A stretch of 64,000 nt of DNA from an uncultured Acidobacteriota bacterium. Its GTDB lineage: Bacteria > Acidobacteriota > Vicinamibacteria > Vicinamibacterales > CAVVIG01. Made by a program: the position numbers and the translations under genes. Shown in pieces: positions 18,834 through 27,587 of the stretch. Within the stretch, counting starts at the first letter, position 1. The number at the start of each line of letters is the position of its first letter. The notes under the pieces are model-generated. The model was not told the DNA's origin and did no database searches. It saw nothing but the letters and a program-made list of their open reading frames with translations. Location: the NCBI GenBank assembly GCA_963724725.1, contig CAVRVT010000001.1:942407-1006406 (forward strand), given 5' to 3'.

Positions 18834-19346
18834 TCATTTCCTCTTGGGCTTCGTTCGGCCCATCTTCATGTGCATTCCTCCATGGCCCGCGTGCGGATCG
18901 GGTGACGGTCCAGGACGGGCGGAGAAGTCCGCTGGGAAGCTGTCGATCAGTTGCTTGACGAGCCCCAGTGCCGACGTGAACTGATAGTTGGGCAGCGAGT
19001 GACAGTGCACGTGTCCGTCGTTGTCGACGCCGAGCGGAAGGTCGAGCACGCGTCCATCGACCTCCACGACGTACGTGGTCCGTACGACGATGTGGTGGCC
19101 TTTGTGATCGGTCTCACGGACGGCTTCGACGGGTCCATCGCCGCCACCGTGACGCATGGTCATCGGGAGTTCCGCCAGGTATTTCGACAGCCGCTTCGGA
19201 TCCGCGGCTCGCTTGAGTTCGTCTGGTTTCATGACGGAGGGTCCTCCCTGCGTAGTGACCGTCCAAGGGAAATCGTTTCGGGCCTGCGGCGCCGTCGAGG
19301 TTGATTCTGCGCCATACTTGATCGCTTCGTCACCACTGGTGCCCAT
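18834..19346 (-). CDS. Tyrosinase cofactor/caddie (MelC1-like), start uncertain
   Basis: The core YVVEVDGRVLDL..DNDGHVHCHSLPNYQFTS..LVKQLID parallels my recollection of Streptomyces MelC1 (Y.VFVDG..LHV..NADGSWISVVSHY..). The C-terminus is rich in His and Met. The stop lies 1 nt before the tyrosinase ATG. Alternative start at 19232. Confidence 0.6.
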   Translation of the reverse strand: MGTSGDEAIKYGAESTSTAPQARNDFPWTVTTQGGPSVMKPDELKRAADPKRLSKYLAELPMTMRHGGGDGPVEAVRETDHKGHHIVVRTTYVVEVDGRVLDLPLGVDNDGHVHCHSLPNYQFTSALGLVKQLIDSFPADFSARPGPSPDPHAGHGGMHMKMGRTKPKRK

Positions 19347-22317
19347 GCTCTGCCCCCGTTGCGGTCAAACGAGTTCGCTTGCGACCGGCCGATGTCCGTC
19401 CTGCGGTTTTTCCACGCCGGATGGCGCGGTCGGCACGGCCGTCGTCCCTTTCGACACAACGGGGCTCCCGCCGGGCTCGACATTCGGCGCGAATCCGTCG
19501 GGGGGAGGGCACTCCGGCACCACGCGTGTGGCGATGGACACGGCGTCACTCGACGCGGACGGCGCGGTAGGACCGCTGCGGGTGGGCCAGGCGTTCGGAC
19601 CGCGGTACCACATCATCAAGACGCTGGGCATCGGCGGCATGGGCGCGGTCTACCAGGCGTTCGATGCCGAACTGAACGTCGCGGTCGCGCTGAAAGTCAT
19701 TCGCACGGACTCTCGTAAACGAAGCGCATCGCCGCAGGCCGAGAGGCGCTTCAAGCAGGAGCTTCTGCTCGCGCGGCAGGTCACGCACAAGAACGTCGTC
19801 CGTATTCACGATCTCGGCGAGATCGGGGGCATCAAATACATCACGATGCCTTACGTCCAGGGTTACGACCTCGCGACGGTTCTGCGCCGTGGCGGCAAGA
19901 TGCCGGTGGCCCGGGCGCTCGTCCTCGCGCGACAGATTGCGGGCGGACTCCAGGCGGCGCATGACGCGGGGGTCATCCATCGCGATCTGAAACCCGCGAA
20001 CATCATGATCGGCGCCGACGATAACGCGCTGATCATGGACTTCGGCATCTCGGCCTCGACCGACGAAGCCGCAAGCGGAGGCGTGTTCGGGACGCTCGAG
20101 TACATGGCGCCCGAGCAGGGAAGCGGCGCGGCGGTGGACGCGCGCGCCGACATCTACGCGTTCGGGCTGATCCTGTACGAGACGTTGACGGGACCGCGGC
20201 TCAATACCGCGACCACGCCGCAGGAGCGCGTGGACGCGATGAAGCACCGGACCACCAAGGGCGTGCCGCCGCTCGGGTCGCTCGATGTATCCGTGCCGCC
20301 TGCGGTGGAGGCCGTCGTCACGAAGTGCCTGGAACGGGATCCGTCCGCGCGGTTTCAGAACGCCGGCGAGCTCGTCGCGGCGCTCGGTCGCCTGGATGCC
20401 GAGGGCGGCCTGATTCGAACACCGGCGGGCGTCAGCCGGCGCGTCGCCGTACTCGTTTCACTCCTCGTCACGGTCTCGCTCGTCGCTGTGTACGTCGTCG
20501 GGCGCAGGGGAGCGCCGCTGCCGGCCGCTGCGCACGAGCCGGTGTCGGTGCTCATTGCGGATCTTCAGAACGCGACGAACGATCCTTCGTTCGAGCGCAC
20601 GCTCGAGCCCATGTTGAAGCTCGCGCTTGAAGGCGCCGGATTCATCAGTGCGTTCGATCGAAACGGCATCACGCGCACGCTCGGCGTCCGGCCGCCGGAC
20701 AAGCTGGACGAGCGCGCTGCGCAGGAGCTCGCGGTCAAGCAGGGCGTCGGCGTTGTCCTGTCCGGCTCGCTTGGGCGCCAGGGTAGCGGGTACGAGATGT
20801 CCGTCAACGCGACCGAATCGGTCACCGGGAACGTGATTGCGAAGGCGAAGGACCGGGCCGCCAGCAAAGATCAGGTGCTCGGCGTCGCGACGTCGCTGGC
20901 GATGGCCGTGCGCAAGGCGCTCGGCGACGAGACGTCTGAATCGGCCCAGCGGTTCGCCACGCAGACATTCTCCGCGACGTCGCTCGAGGTCGTTCGCGCG
21001 TATGCGGCCGCGGCCGAAGCGTTATCGAGGAACCGCTGGGACGAGGCGCTCCGGAATTTCGCCAACTCCGTGGCGCTGGATCCCAACTTCGGCCTCGGCT
21101 ACGCCGGAATGGCCATCGCGTCGCGAAACCTCGACAAGCAACAGGACGCGGAGAAGTACATCAAGGAAGCGGTACGCCACCTCGACAGCATGACCGAGCG
21201 CGAGCGTTACCGGACGCGCGGGCTCTTTTACTACCTCACCAGCGACTATCAGCAGTGCGTCAAGGAGTACGGCGAGCTCATCACTCGATACGCGGCCGAC
21301 GCGCCGGCGCGCAATAACCTCGCGCTCTGTCTCACGCATCTGCGAAGCCTCCCGAGGGCGCTCGGTGAGATGCGGGAAGTGATCAAGATTCTGCCCAGGC
21401 GCGAGCTGTATCGCGTGAATCTTGCGCTCTACGCAGCCTACAGCGGCGACGCGCAAACCGCGGCGACCGAAGCGCGCGCGCTGCCCCAGACAAGCGTGTT
21501 CGGCCAGCTGGCGCTCGCGTTCTCACAGATGCTTCAGTCGCAGCTGCCACAGGCCGCCGACACGTACCAGCGCTTGAGGGCCATCGACGCACAAGGCGCC
21601 TCCTACGCGGCGTCGGGTTTTGGCGATCTCGCGCTGTACGAAGGGCGTCTGGCGGACGCCGCCAGGATTCTGACCGACGGCGCTGCCGCCGACATCGCCG
21701 CCAAGGAAAACGACAGGGCCGCCAGCAAGTTTGTCGCGCTCGCCTACACGCAGGCGTTGCGTCGGCAAAACGCGGCCGCAATCTCGGCGGCCGATCGTGC
21801 GCTCACGGAGAGCCCTACTGCGAAGATCCGGCTGCTGGCGGCGCGCGTTTTCATCGACACCGGTGCGCTCGCGAAAGCGCAGGCCCTGGCCGATGCGCTC
21901 GTATCGGAGCTGCAGGCGGAGCCGCAGGCCTATGGAAAGATTCTCGCGGGCGAGATCGCTCTGAAGGGTGGCGACCCGCGCCAGGCCATCAGGTCGCTGA
22001 CCGAGGCGAACGCCACGCTCGACACGTGGCTGGGACACTTCGTTCTCGGGCGTGCGTTTCTGGAGGCAGGCGCGTTCACACAGGCCGACTCGGAGTTCGA
22101 CCGGTGCATCAGCCGGCGCGGCGAGGCGCTCGCGCTGTTCCTGGACGAAGAGCCGACGTTCGGCCAGTTCCCGCCCGTCTACTACTATCAAGGTCGCGTG
22201 CGCGAGGGCCTCAATACCGCCGGCTACATGGAGTCGTACCGGACATATCTCGCGATCCGCGGCCAGTCGAAGGACGATCCGCTCCTGGCGGACGCGCGCA
22301 GGCGCGCTGCTCGATGA
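19345..22317 (+). CDS. Ser/Thr protein kinase with N-terminal zinc ribbon, one TM helix and large TPR-rich extracytoplasmic domain
   Basis: CPRCG..CPSCG ribbon. Hanks motifs are present: GxGxxG-like GIGGMGAVY, VALK, HRDLKPAN, DFG and APE. The TM helix is VAVLVSLLVTVSLVAVYVV, followed by a TPR-like C-terminal half. The start is taken at ATG 19345, not 19156. Confidence 0.9.
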   Translation: MLCPRCGQTSSLATGRCPSCGFSTPDGAVGTAVVPFDTTGLPPGSTFGANPSGGGHSGTTRVAMDTASLDADGAVGPLRVGQAFGPRYHIIKTLGIGGMGAVYQAFDAELNVAVALKVIRTDSRKRSASPQAERRFKQELLLARQVTHKNVVRIHDLGEIGGIKYITMPYVQGYDLATVLRRGGKMPVARALVLARQIAGGLQAAHDAGVIHRDLKPANIMIGADDNALIMDFGISASTDEAASGGVFGTLEYMAPEQGSGAAVDARADIYAFGLILYETLTGPRLNTATTPQERVDAMKHRTTKGVPPLGSLDVSVPPAVEAVVTKCLERDPSARFQNAGELVAALGRLDAEGGLIRTPAGVSRRVAVLVSLLVTVSLVAVYVVGRRGAPLPAAAHEPVSVLIADLQNATNDPSFERTLEPMLKLALEGAGFISAFDRNGITRTLGVRPPDKLDERAAQELAVKQGVGVVLSGSLGRQGSGYEMSVNATESVTGNVIAKAKDRAASKDQVLGVATSLAMAVRKALGDETSESAQRFATQTFSATSLEVVRAYAAAAEALSRNRWDEALRNFANSVALDPNFGLGYAGMAIASRNLDKQQDAEKYIKEAVRHLDSMTERERYRTRGLFYYLTSDYQQCVKEYGELITRYAADAPARNNLALCLTHLRSLPRALGEMREVIKILPRRELYRVNLALYAAYSGDAQTAATEARALPQTSVFGQLALAFSQMLQSQLPQAADTYQRLRAIDAQGASYAASGFGDLALYEGRLADAARILTDGAAADIAAKENDRAASKFVALAYTQALRRQNAAAISAADRALTESPTAKIRLLAARVFIDTGALAKAQALADALVSELQAEPQAYGKILAGEIALKGGDPRQAIRSLTEANATLDTWLGHFVLGRAFLEAGAFTQADSEFDRCISRRGEALALFLDEEPTFGQFPPVYYYQGRVREGLNTAGYMESYRTYLAIRGQSKDDPLLADARRRAAR

Positions 22318-22332
22318 CACGCTCCCATCGGG

Positions 22333-25300
22333 TCAGTACTTCGTGAATACGACTGGGAAGCCCGGGCCCGTCTCCGGGAAGCGCTGCCCGGTCTTGCCGC
22401 TCCTCACGATCACGTAATAGGTTCCCACTGCGGCATTCTTCGGCTCCCAGTCGAAGTCCCACTTCTTGTCCGACGATCGATAGACGAATGAGAAGGTGTC
22501 GCAGGCCGTCGGCGTGAACGTCCGCGACGAACCCGACGGACTGACGATCGTGACCGAGGGCTGCGCGTCGGCGCTGTTGGCGATGGCGCCTCCCATCGTG
22601 AACTTCCATTCAAAATCCACGAGCGTGCCCTTGGGGCTTGGCTTGAACGTCACGCCGGCCGCCGGCGGCAGGTTCTTGACGTTCAGGAACCCATAGCCGA
22701 CCTGGACGACGGTGATCGATACGGTCGCGACGTTCGACGTACGGCCGGTATCGGCATCGTTCGCCGTGTAAGTGAAGCCGTCGGGTCCGCTGTAGCCCGC
22801 AGCCGGTTGATAGACGAACGATCCATCGGCACTCAGCGTCAGCGTACCGTGCGATGGGCCTTTGACGAGCGTCGCAGTCAGCGCCACGCTGTCGGAATCC
22901 GCGTCGTTCGCCAGCACGCCCTTGCCGAGCGTGCCGGCGGTGCTGATGCTGAGCGTCGTGTTCTGATTCGTGTTGTAGCTGTCGTCGTTGGCCGCCGGAG
23001 CTTCGTTCACGGCTAGAATCGTCGCGAAGTTCGACGCGGCGCTGGTCGTTCCATCGATGAATTGCGCCACCACGAAGTAAGTAATGGTGACGTTGGGCAG
23101 CTCCTGCGTATCGATCGCCGCGTACTCCACGACACCTGCTGCGGCAGGCACCTGCGCGACGAGCGTCTGGGTCTGTCCAGCGACGACCGTTGACCCCGTG
23201 ACGCGAAACATTCTATAGCTCGAGACGCTGCCAACCGTCGGCGACTTCCAGTCGAGACTGATGCGATGCAACGGACCGCCGCTGCACGCGCCTGTCCCGA
23301 TCACGCAGGCGCGTAATTCGTTCGGCGGCGTGTTGCCGAGCGCGCTGGCGGTCTCGGCGTCCAGCTCGCCGGCCGGCTCGAAGAGATCGCCGGCGCCGAT
23401 GTCGCCGCGCCCGATGTCGCCGCGGCCGATGTCCCCGCGGCCGATATCTCCGCGTCCGATGTCGCCGCGCCCGATGTCGCCGCGCCCGATGTCCCCGCGC
23501 CCGATGTCGCCCCGTCCGATGTCACCACGCCCGATGTCGCCGCGGCCCACGTCCAGGGATAGCGGGCCGAGCGTGAGCGCCCCCGTTGCGGGATTGACGA
23601 AGAGGCCGCCGACGTTGCGTCGGCCGCCCAGTTCGCGCAGGTGGAGGTTCGCCCAGTCGTTCGACCCGGCGTTGAGCGACGTCTTTGCGCCATCGAAGTT
23701 GATGTCCTGGGACGGCGCGCTATTCACGACGCCATCGGCGTTCCAGTCGATCGCGCTCACCACCGTTCCGCTGTCCACGCGAATCATGGCGACGTCGGTG
23801 GCGAGGAGCGACGAACCGTCGCAATGCTTCGCGGCTGGCGTCCCGACGCTCTGCAGATAACTGCCCGCCTTCGGCGCGTACCATCCCGTTCGATACTGCA
23901 GCGCGGCTCCGAGGGCGCCGTCAACGAGGAAGTTCTCGTCAATCGGTCCGAGCGCTTCGCGCGAGAAATCCGCGTGCGTCACGCTGTCGTCCGTCAGCAG
24001 TCCGCGCAGCTGGAACAGGTAGTTCATGACGCTCTGATAGTTCGGTTTGCAGTTCGGCTCGCGTGGCAGCTGTGGAGGTCCGGCGTGCGTCAGCTCGAAG
24101 GTGTGTCCGAGCTCGTGCATCAGTGTCGACGCCTGCATGAACGCGCTGCCGATCGGCTTTCCCGCGCCATCGTCGAACGCGCCGAGCGTGACCAGGAGGT
24201 CGCCACCCGGAAAGTCGGCGACGCCCGAGTTGGTCCGGGGCACGTGGAAATCCGGGTTGCTCTGCTGGCACGCCGCATCGGCGCTGCCGTCGGCCTCGAG
24301 ACACGGCTCCTTTGGCAGCCCGAGCGAGTGCGCGAACAGCGCATAGCGGAACATGTCCTTGCGGTTGCGATCGAATCGGCGGTCGCAGTTCGGGCTCCCC
24401 GCGACTTCGCAGTTCTCTTCAGTCTGCAGCGGATCGACGAGCTCGTCCCTGATGAACCTGAAGCCGGTCTTCCAGCCCACCGTCCCGGGGTACGCGGAAA
24501 ACTGACACACCCATGGCGGATCCGTCGCACTGCGATTGCAGACGGTGAGGTGTTCATCAATCGACTCGCCGCCGCGCGCCAGGCTCGCCGGGATGATGTG
24601 CGACTCGAGCGGGCTCTGATAATTGATCCCAACGTCGAAATGCACGTTGATGCCGGTCGACGCGTCCGGATTGACGACCGGCGCGTTCCTGAACGCATCG
24701 GCGACCATTTTCAGCGCGTCCTGCGACGGCAGGTGAGTGTGGTCCGGCTTCGCGACACCACCGTACGTGGTGGCCGGCGACGCCATGTAGCCGACCTCGA
24801 CGAAGAGATCTTTGGCGTAGGGGTTGGCGCCCATCGCGGCGAGGTTCGGCAGCGGCTGCCCATTGGGATCCGTCAGGCCGCTGTGCGTCTCCCACACGTC
24901 GAGCAGTCCGTCGTTGTCACTGTCCTGGACCGTCGTGCTCAAGACAATCGCGCTCCACGACAGGCAATCGGGCAACAAGCCCTGTGGCTCCACGCGCACG
25001 GTCGTCGACGCGGCGTCTCCCGCCAGCTTGCCGTTCAACGAAAACGTCGGCGTATCCCATTTGGGTCCACTGGTGCTCGCGAAAGGATTCACCGCGATGA
25101 TCTGGCCGTCCAGCAGGAGTGTTTCCGAAAGAAACGGGCGGCCGTCGCCGACGATGTGTGTCATCTTGGCGACGGGAGCAACACTAGACGCCTGATAGAA
25201 CCCTGCGATCGTCTGGTTCATCGTCCCGAGCGCGCTCTTGGTGAACCCGCCGTCGTAAATCACGATCGCGTTGAACGGCCTCGATGGGTCTCGATAGACG

Positions 25301-25920
25301 ATGACGAGGCTGGCGCCGATGGCACGCGCGCCGTCCCAGGTGGACTTCTCCGTGCTGCTTTCGTCGTCGTCGCCGTAGGTTGCGCCCCAGTCGGGTACCT
25401 GGATGGTGTGCGATCGATTGACCGCGAATTTGCCGCTTGCGTCGACGGGGAGGAAACGAAGAACGTCGGCGCGATAGGTCACGAGACGCCGGCCACCGGG
25501 CCACGCCACGCTCCAGCACGGCGGCGTCGCGCTTTCCCAGTTGAGCGCCTTGGCCAGCGACGCGGACCCCGCACCGAGATCGGCGCCATTGAACCTGGCG
25601 TGATCGATGCCCGACCACTGCGCTTTTTCAGCCGTCTGCACGTAGAGGAAAGCCGCCAGAACGTCCGCCGTCGCAGGCACGCCGCTGATCGGAATGGCTG
25701 CGCTGGCTATGCCATTGACGCCCTTCCGCCACAGGCTCGCGCCGCCGACGACGTAGTCGCCGGTCACGAAATAGTTCTTGAAAAACGACAGCGGCGCGCC
25801 GCCGGTGGCGTTGACTCCCGACTGGTTCAGAAGCATCACGAGCGCTGCGAGAAGAATCGAGCTTCGAAACGGTCTGGAGCGCAAGGCTCCGCCGGTGATC
25901 GATGACATGGGGGGCCTCAA
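22333..25920 (-). CDS. Large secreted multidomain metzincin-like metalloprotease/adhesin with 10x GRGDI array, FN3-like and cadherin-like Ig domains
   Basis: Signal peptide, then a TSP3-like DSDNDGLLDVWE. Zinc motif HELGHTFELTH with a downstream Met-turn-like SVMNY. Ten GRGDI repeats follow. Cadherin-like stretch ANDDSY..VLANDADSD..GFTYTAND. Confidence 0.85.
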   Translation of the reverse strand: MRPPMSSITGGALRSRPFRSSILLAALVMLLNQSGVNATGGAPLSFFKNYFVTGDYVVGGASLWRKGVNGIASAAIPISGVPATADVLAAFLYVQTAEKAQWSGIDHARFNGADLGAGSASLAKALNWESATPPCWSVAWPGGRRLVTYRADVLRFLPVDASGKFAVNRSHTIQVPDWGATYGDDDESSTEKSTWDGARAIGASLVIVYRDPSRPFNAIVIYDGGFTKSALGTMNQTIAGFYQASSVAPVAKMTHIVGDGRPFLSETLLLDGQIIAVNPFASTSGPKWDTPTFSLNGKLAGDAASTTVRVEPQGLLPDCLSWSAIVLSTTVQDSDNDGLLDVWETHSGLTDPNGQPLPNLAAMGANPYAKDLFVEVGYMASPATTYGGVAKPDHTHLPSQDALKMVADAFRNAPVVNPDASTGINVHFDVGINYQSPLESHIIPASLARGGESIDEHLTVCNRSATDPPWVCQFSAYPGTVGWKTGFRFIRDELVDPLQTEENCEVAGSPNCDRRFDRNRKDMFRYALFAHSLGLPKEPCLEADGSADAACQQSNPDFHVPRTNSGVADFPGGDLLVTLGAFDDGAGKPIGSAFMQASTLMHELGHTFELTHAGPPQLPREPNCKPNYQSVMNYLFQLRGLLTDDSVTHADFSREALGPIDENFLVDGALGAALQYRTGWYAPKAGSYLQSVGTPAAKHCDGSSLLATDVAMIRVDSGTVVSAIDWNADGVVNSAPSQDINFDGAKTSLNAGSNDWANLHLRELGGRRNVGGLFVNPATGALTLGPLSLDVGRGDIGRGDIGRGDIGRGDIGRGDIGRGDIGRGDIGRGDIGRGDIGRGDIGAGDLFEPAGELDAETASALGNTPPNELRACVIGTGACSGGPLHRISLDWKSPTVGSVSSYRMFRVTGSTVVAGQTQTLVAQVPAAAGVVEYAAIDTQELPNVTITYFVVAQFIDGTTSAASNFATILAVNEAPAANDDSYNTNQNTTLSISTAGTLGKGVLANDADSDSVALTATLVKGPSHGTLTLSADGSFVYQPAAGYSGPDGFTYTANDADTGRTSNVATVSITVVQVGYGFLNVKNLPPAAGVTFKPSPKGTLVDFEWKFTMGGAIANSADAQPSVTIVSPSGSSRTFTPTACDTFSFVYRSSDKKWDFDWEPKNAAVGTYYVIVRSGKTGQRFPETGPGFPVVFTKY
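23383..23547 (-). repeat. 15-bp tandem coding repeat, 10 perfect GRGDI units plus one degenerate GAGDL unit
   Basis: Units start at 23398 and recur every 15 bp. Seven different DNA variants (for example gatgtcgccgcgccc, gatatctccgcgtcc, gatgtcaccacgccc) all translate to GRGDI on the minus strand. Confidence 0.95.
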
Positions 25921-25999
25921 GGGACGTCTATCTTCACACGTCCGTGCCTGTTCCGCGCAGTCTTTTCGGGCGGGCCTTATTGTGTCTGCGGCAGGAACC

Positions 26000-27403
26000 T
26001 CAATGAGTGCGGTCAGGCTGAAGCGTCGCGGAGACGCGTGTTTGATGGTCGGCCGAGACGTTAACGGCAGCCGTCCAGCGCTGATAGCGCTCTCGCTCGA
26101 TCCGAACCGCGTATGACCCCGCCCGCAAGGCCCTCACAAGAACCGGGGTTTCGCCGACCGGCCGTTGGTTCACGAACACCGTGGCGCCGGCCGGTGCCGA
26201 CTCGATGGTAAGGGCTCCTATGAACTGTTGCCCCTCACGCGGGTTATCTGCCGCGGTAGCGACGACCGCCGAAGGAAACTGGACCGGACCTTCCGCAGAG
26301 CGTGCGTCACGAGCGATAGCCTTTGGCGGCGGCGATGTGGGTGCGGCGACAATCGGCAAAAGCAAAGATCGGCTGGCTAACATGTGCTGACCTGAGCGAT
26401 CGACGGAACCCATCGCGACGACACCAAGTAGAAGTGCCCCGCCGAGACCTCCGACAAGCGCTCCGCGGCGCGGAAACGACTGCCACACTTTCCGGGCTCC
26501 GTTCCACGCGGCCACCGCGGACGTCGCCGGGATCATCGCCGGTCTCACGCTCGAACGCGCATTCCGAGCCGTTTCGGTTACCCACGCGAGTTGTGTCTGC
26601 AGGCGCGCGAACTCGTGTTCGAGCGCCGTCGTCGCTTCTGCTGCCCGTTCGAGCTGCGCGCCGACTTCGCCAGCGCGATGCTCGAGCCTCGCGACGACCT
26701 GCTCCGTCCGCGCGAGTTCGTACTCGTTGAGTTGGCTGATTCGCGTTTCAAGAGTCGACAAGAGGCCGGCGACTTGCGTGGCTTCGACAAGTTTCTGGTC
26801 GATGGTCTGCTTCTGTGCGTCGAACTCGGCAAGCTTCTGTTCAATGATCTGCTTTCGCGCTTCGAAATCGCCGACCCGGCGTTCAAGCTGAGCGGTCGCG
26901 TCAGCCGCCCGCTGCTCGAGTTCGGCGACGACCTGCTCGGTTTTCCGGCGTGATTGATCCTTCTCTGTCAGGCTCGCTGACGCGTTCGGGGTGTTCGTGT
27001 ACGCAGCTCGACGCGTGAACGCCTTCGCGCGCATCGCCAACCATACGCGCGCCGCGGGATTCGACCCGAGGAACGACGGGGACGGGGCAAGACGTTGCGA
27101 CTCCAACGTTGTCAGCATCTCGGCGGCTTGGGTCACTTCCCCCAACCCGTGATCGATCGCCTGGTTCTGAGCGTCGAGAGCATTCGCGCTGGTGCTGATT
27201 TCTTCTGCTACGCCACTCAGCGTGGCGAGCCTGTCATCGATCGCATCGTCAAGGTCGGCCGAGGGTTGCGAGCTGACGATCTCACTCTCCGACGCGAAGA
27301 TCGACAGCGGGTCGAGGTCCCCTTGCGGAGACACGTGTTCAGGGCGATGGATGTCAGCCTCTCCCGAGCCACGCCGCACAGATGAGTCGGTCTCAAAGAA
27401 CAT
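26000..27403 (-). CDS. Coiled-coil membrane protein with C-terminal PEGA domain
   Basis: Long heptad-rich N-terminal part with an internal duplication, then a TM helix (ALVGGLGGALLLGVVAMG). The C-terminal PEGA-like module reads ESAPAGATVFVNQRPVGETP..AGSYAVRIERERY. Confidence 0.75.
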   Translation of the reverse strand: MFFETDSSVRRGSGEADIHRPEHVSPQGDLDPLSIFASESEIVSSQPSADLDDAIDDRLATLSGVAEEISTSANALDAQNQAIDHGLGEVTQAAEMLTTLESQRLAPSPSFLGSNPAARVWLAMRAKAFTRRAAYTNTPNASASLTEKDQSRRKTEQVVAELEQRAADATAQLERRVGDFEARKQIIEQKLAEFDAQKQTIDQKLVEATQVAGLLSTLETRISQLNEYELARTEQVVARLEHRAGEVGAQLERAAEATTALEHEFARLQTQLAWVTETARNARSSVRPAMIPATSAVAAWNGARKVWQSFPRRGALVGGLGGALLLGVVAMGSVDRSGQHMLASRSLLLPIVAAPTSPPPKAIARDARSAEGPVQFPSAVVATAADNPREGQQFIGALTIESAPAGATVFVNQRPVGETPVLVRALRAGSYAVRIERERYQRWTAAVNVSADHQTRVSATLQPDRTH

Positions 27404-27587
27404 GGCTACACATCGCTTTCACGCCTACGATTTCCGGCAGTCATCACGCTAAGCGAATCAGATGACGAGGACTGTTCACAATGGGACAATCGCTCTCGGA
27501 CCGACCGCACCGAGCTGCGGCGGCCACCGCAACACTGCGAATTGCTTGCTCGAGATGCTCGGGCGAGGGAGTCGAGGCAGGTCGCAA

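Noticed and set aside
19156-19344. Upstream extension of the kinase ORF
   Set aside because: It overlaps the caddie gene on the other strand, and the zinc-ribbon N-terminus begins at ATG 19345.
23383-23547. CRISPR-like or microsatellite interpretation of the 15-bp repeat
   Set aside because: The units are contiguous with no spacers and lie inside a long ORF. They differ only at synonymous positions, so this is a coding peptide repeat.
23641-25905. 754-aa plus-strand ORF
   Set aside because: It is antisense to the 1195-aa protease gene. It is Arg/Ala/Val-rich with no motifs, a typical high-GC shadow ORF, whereas the minus-strand product has a signal peptide and several recognisable domains.
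22333-25920. Eukaryotic contamination as the source of the RGD/reprolysin-like gene
   Set aside because: The gene has the same high GC and codon style as its neighbours. It has a bacterial signal peptide and bacterial cadherin-like Ig domains, and it is embedded in contiguous bacterial genes.
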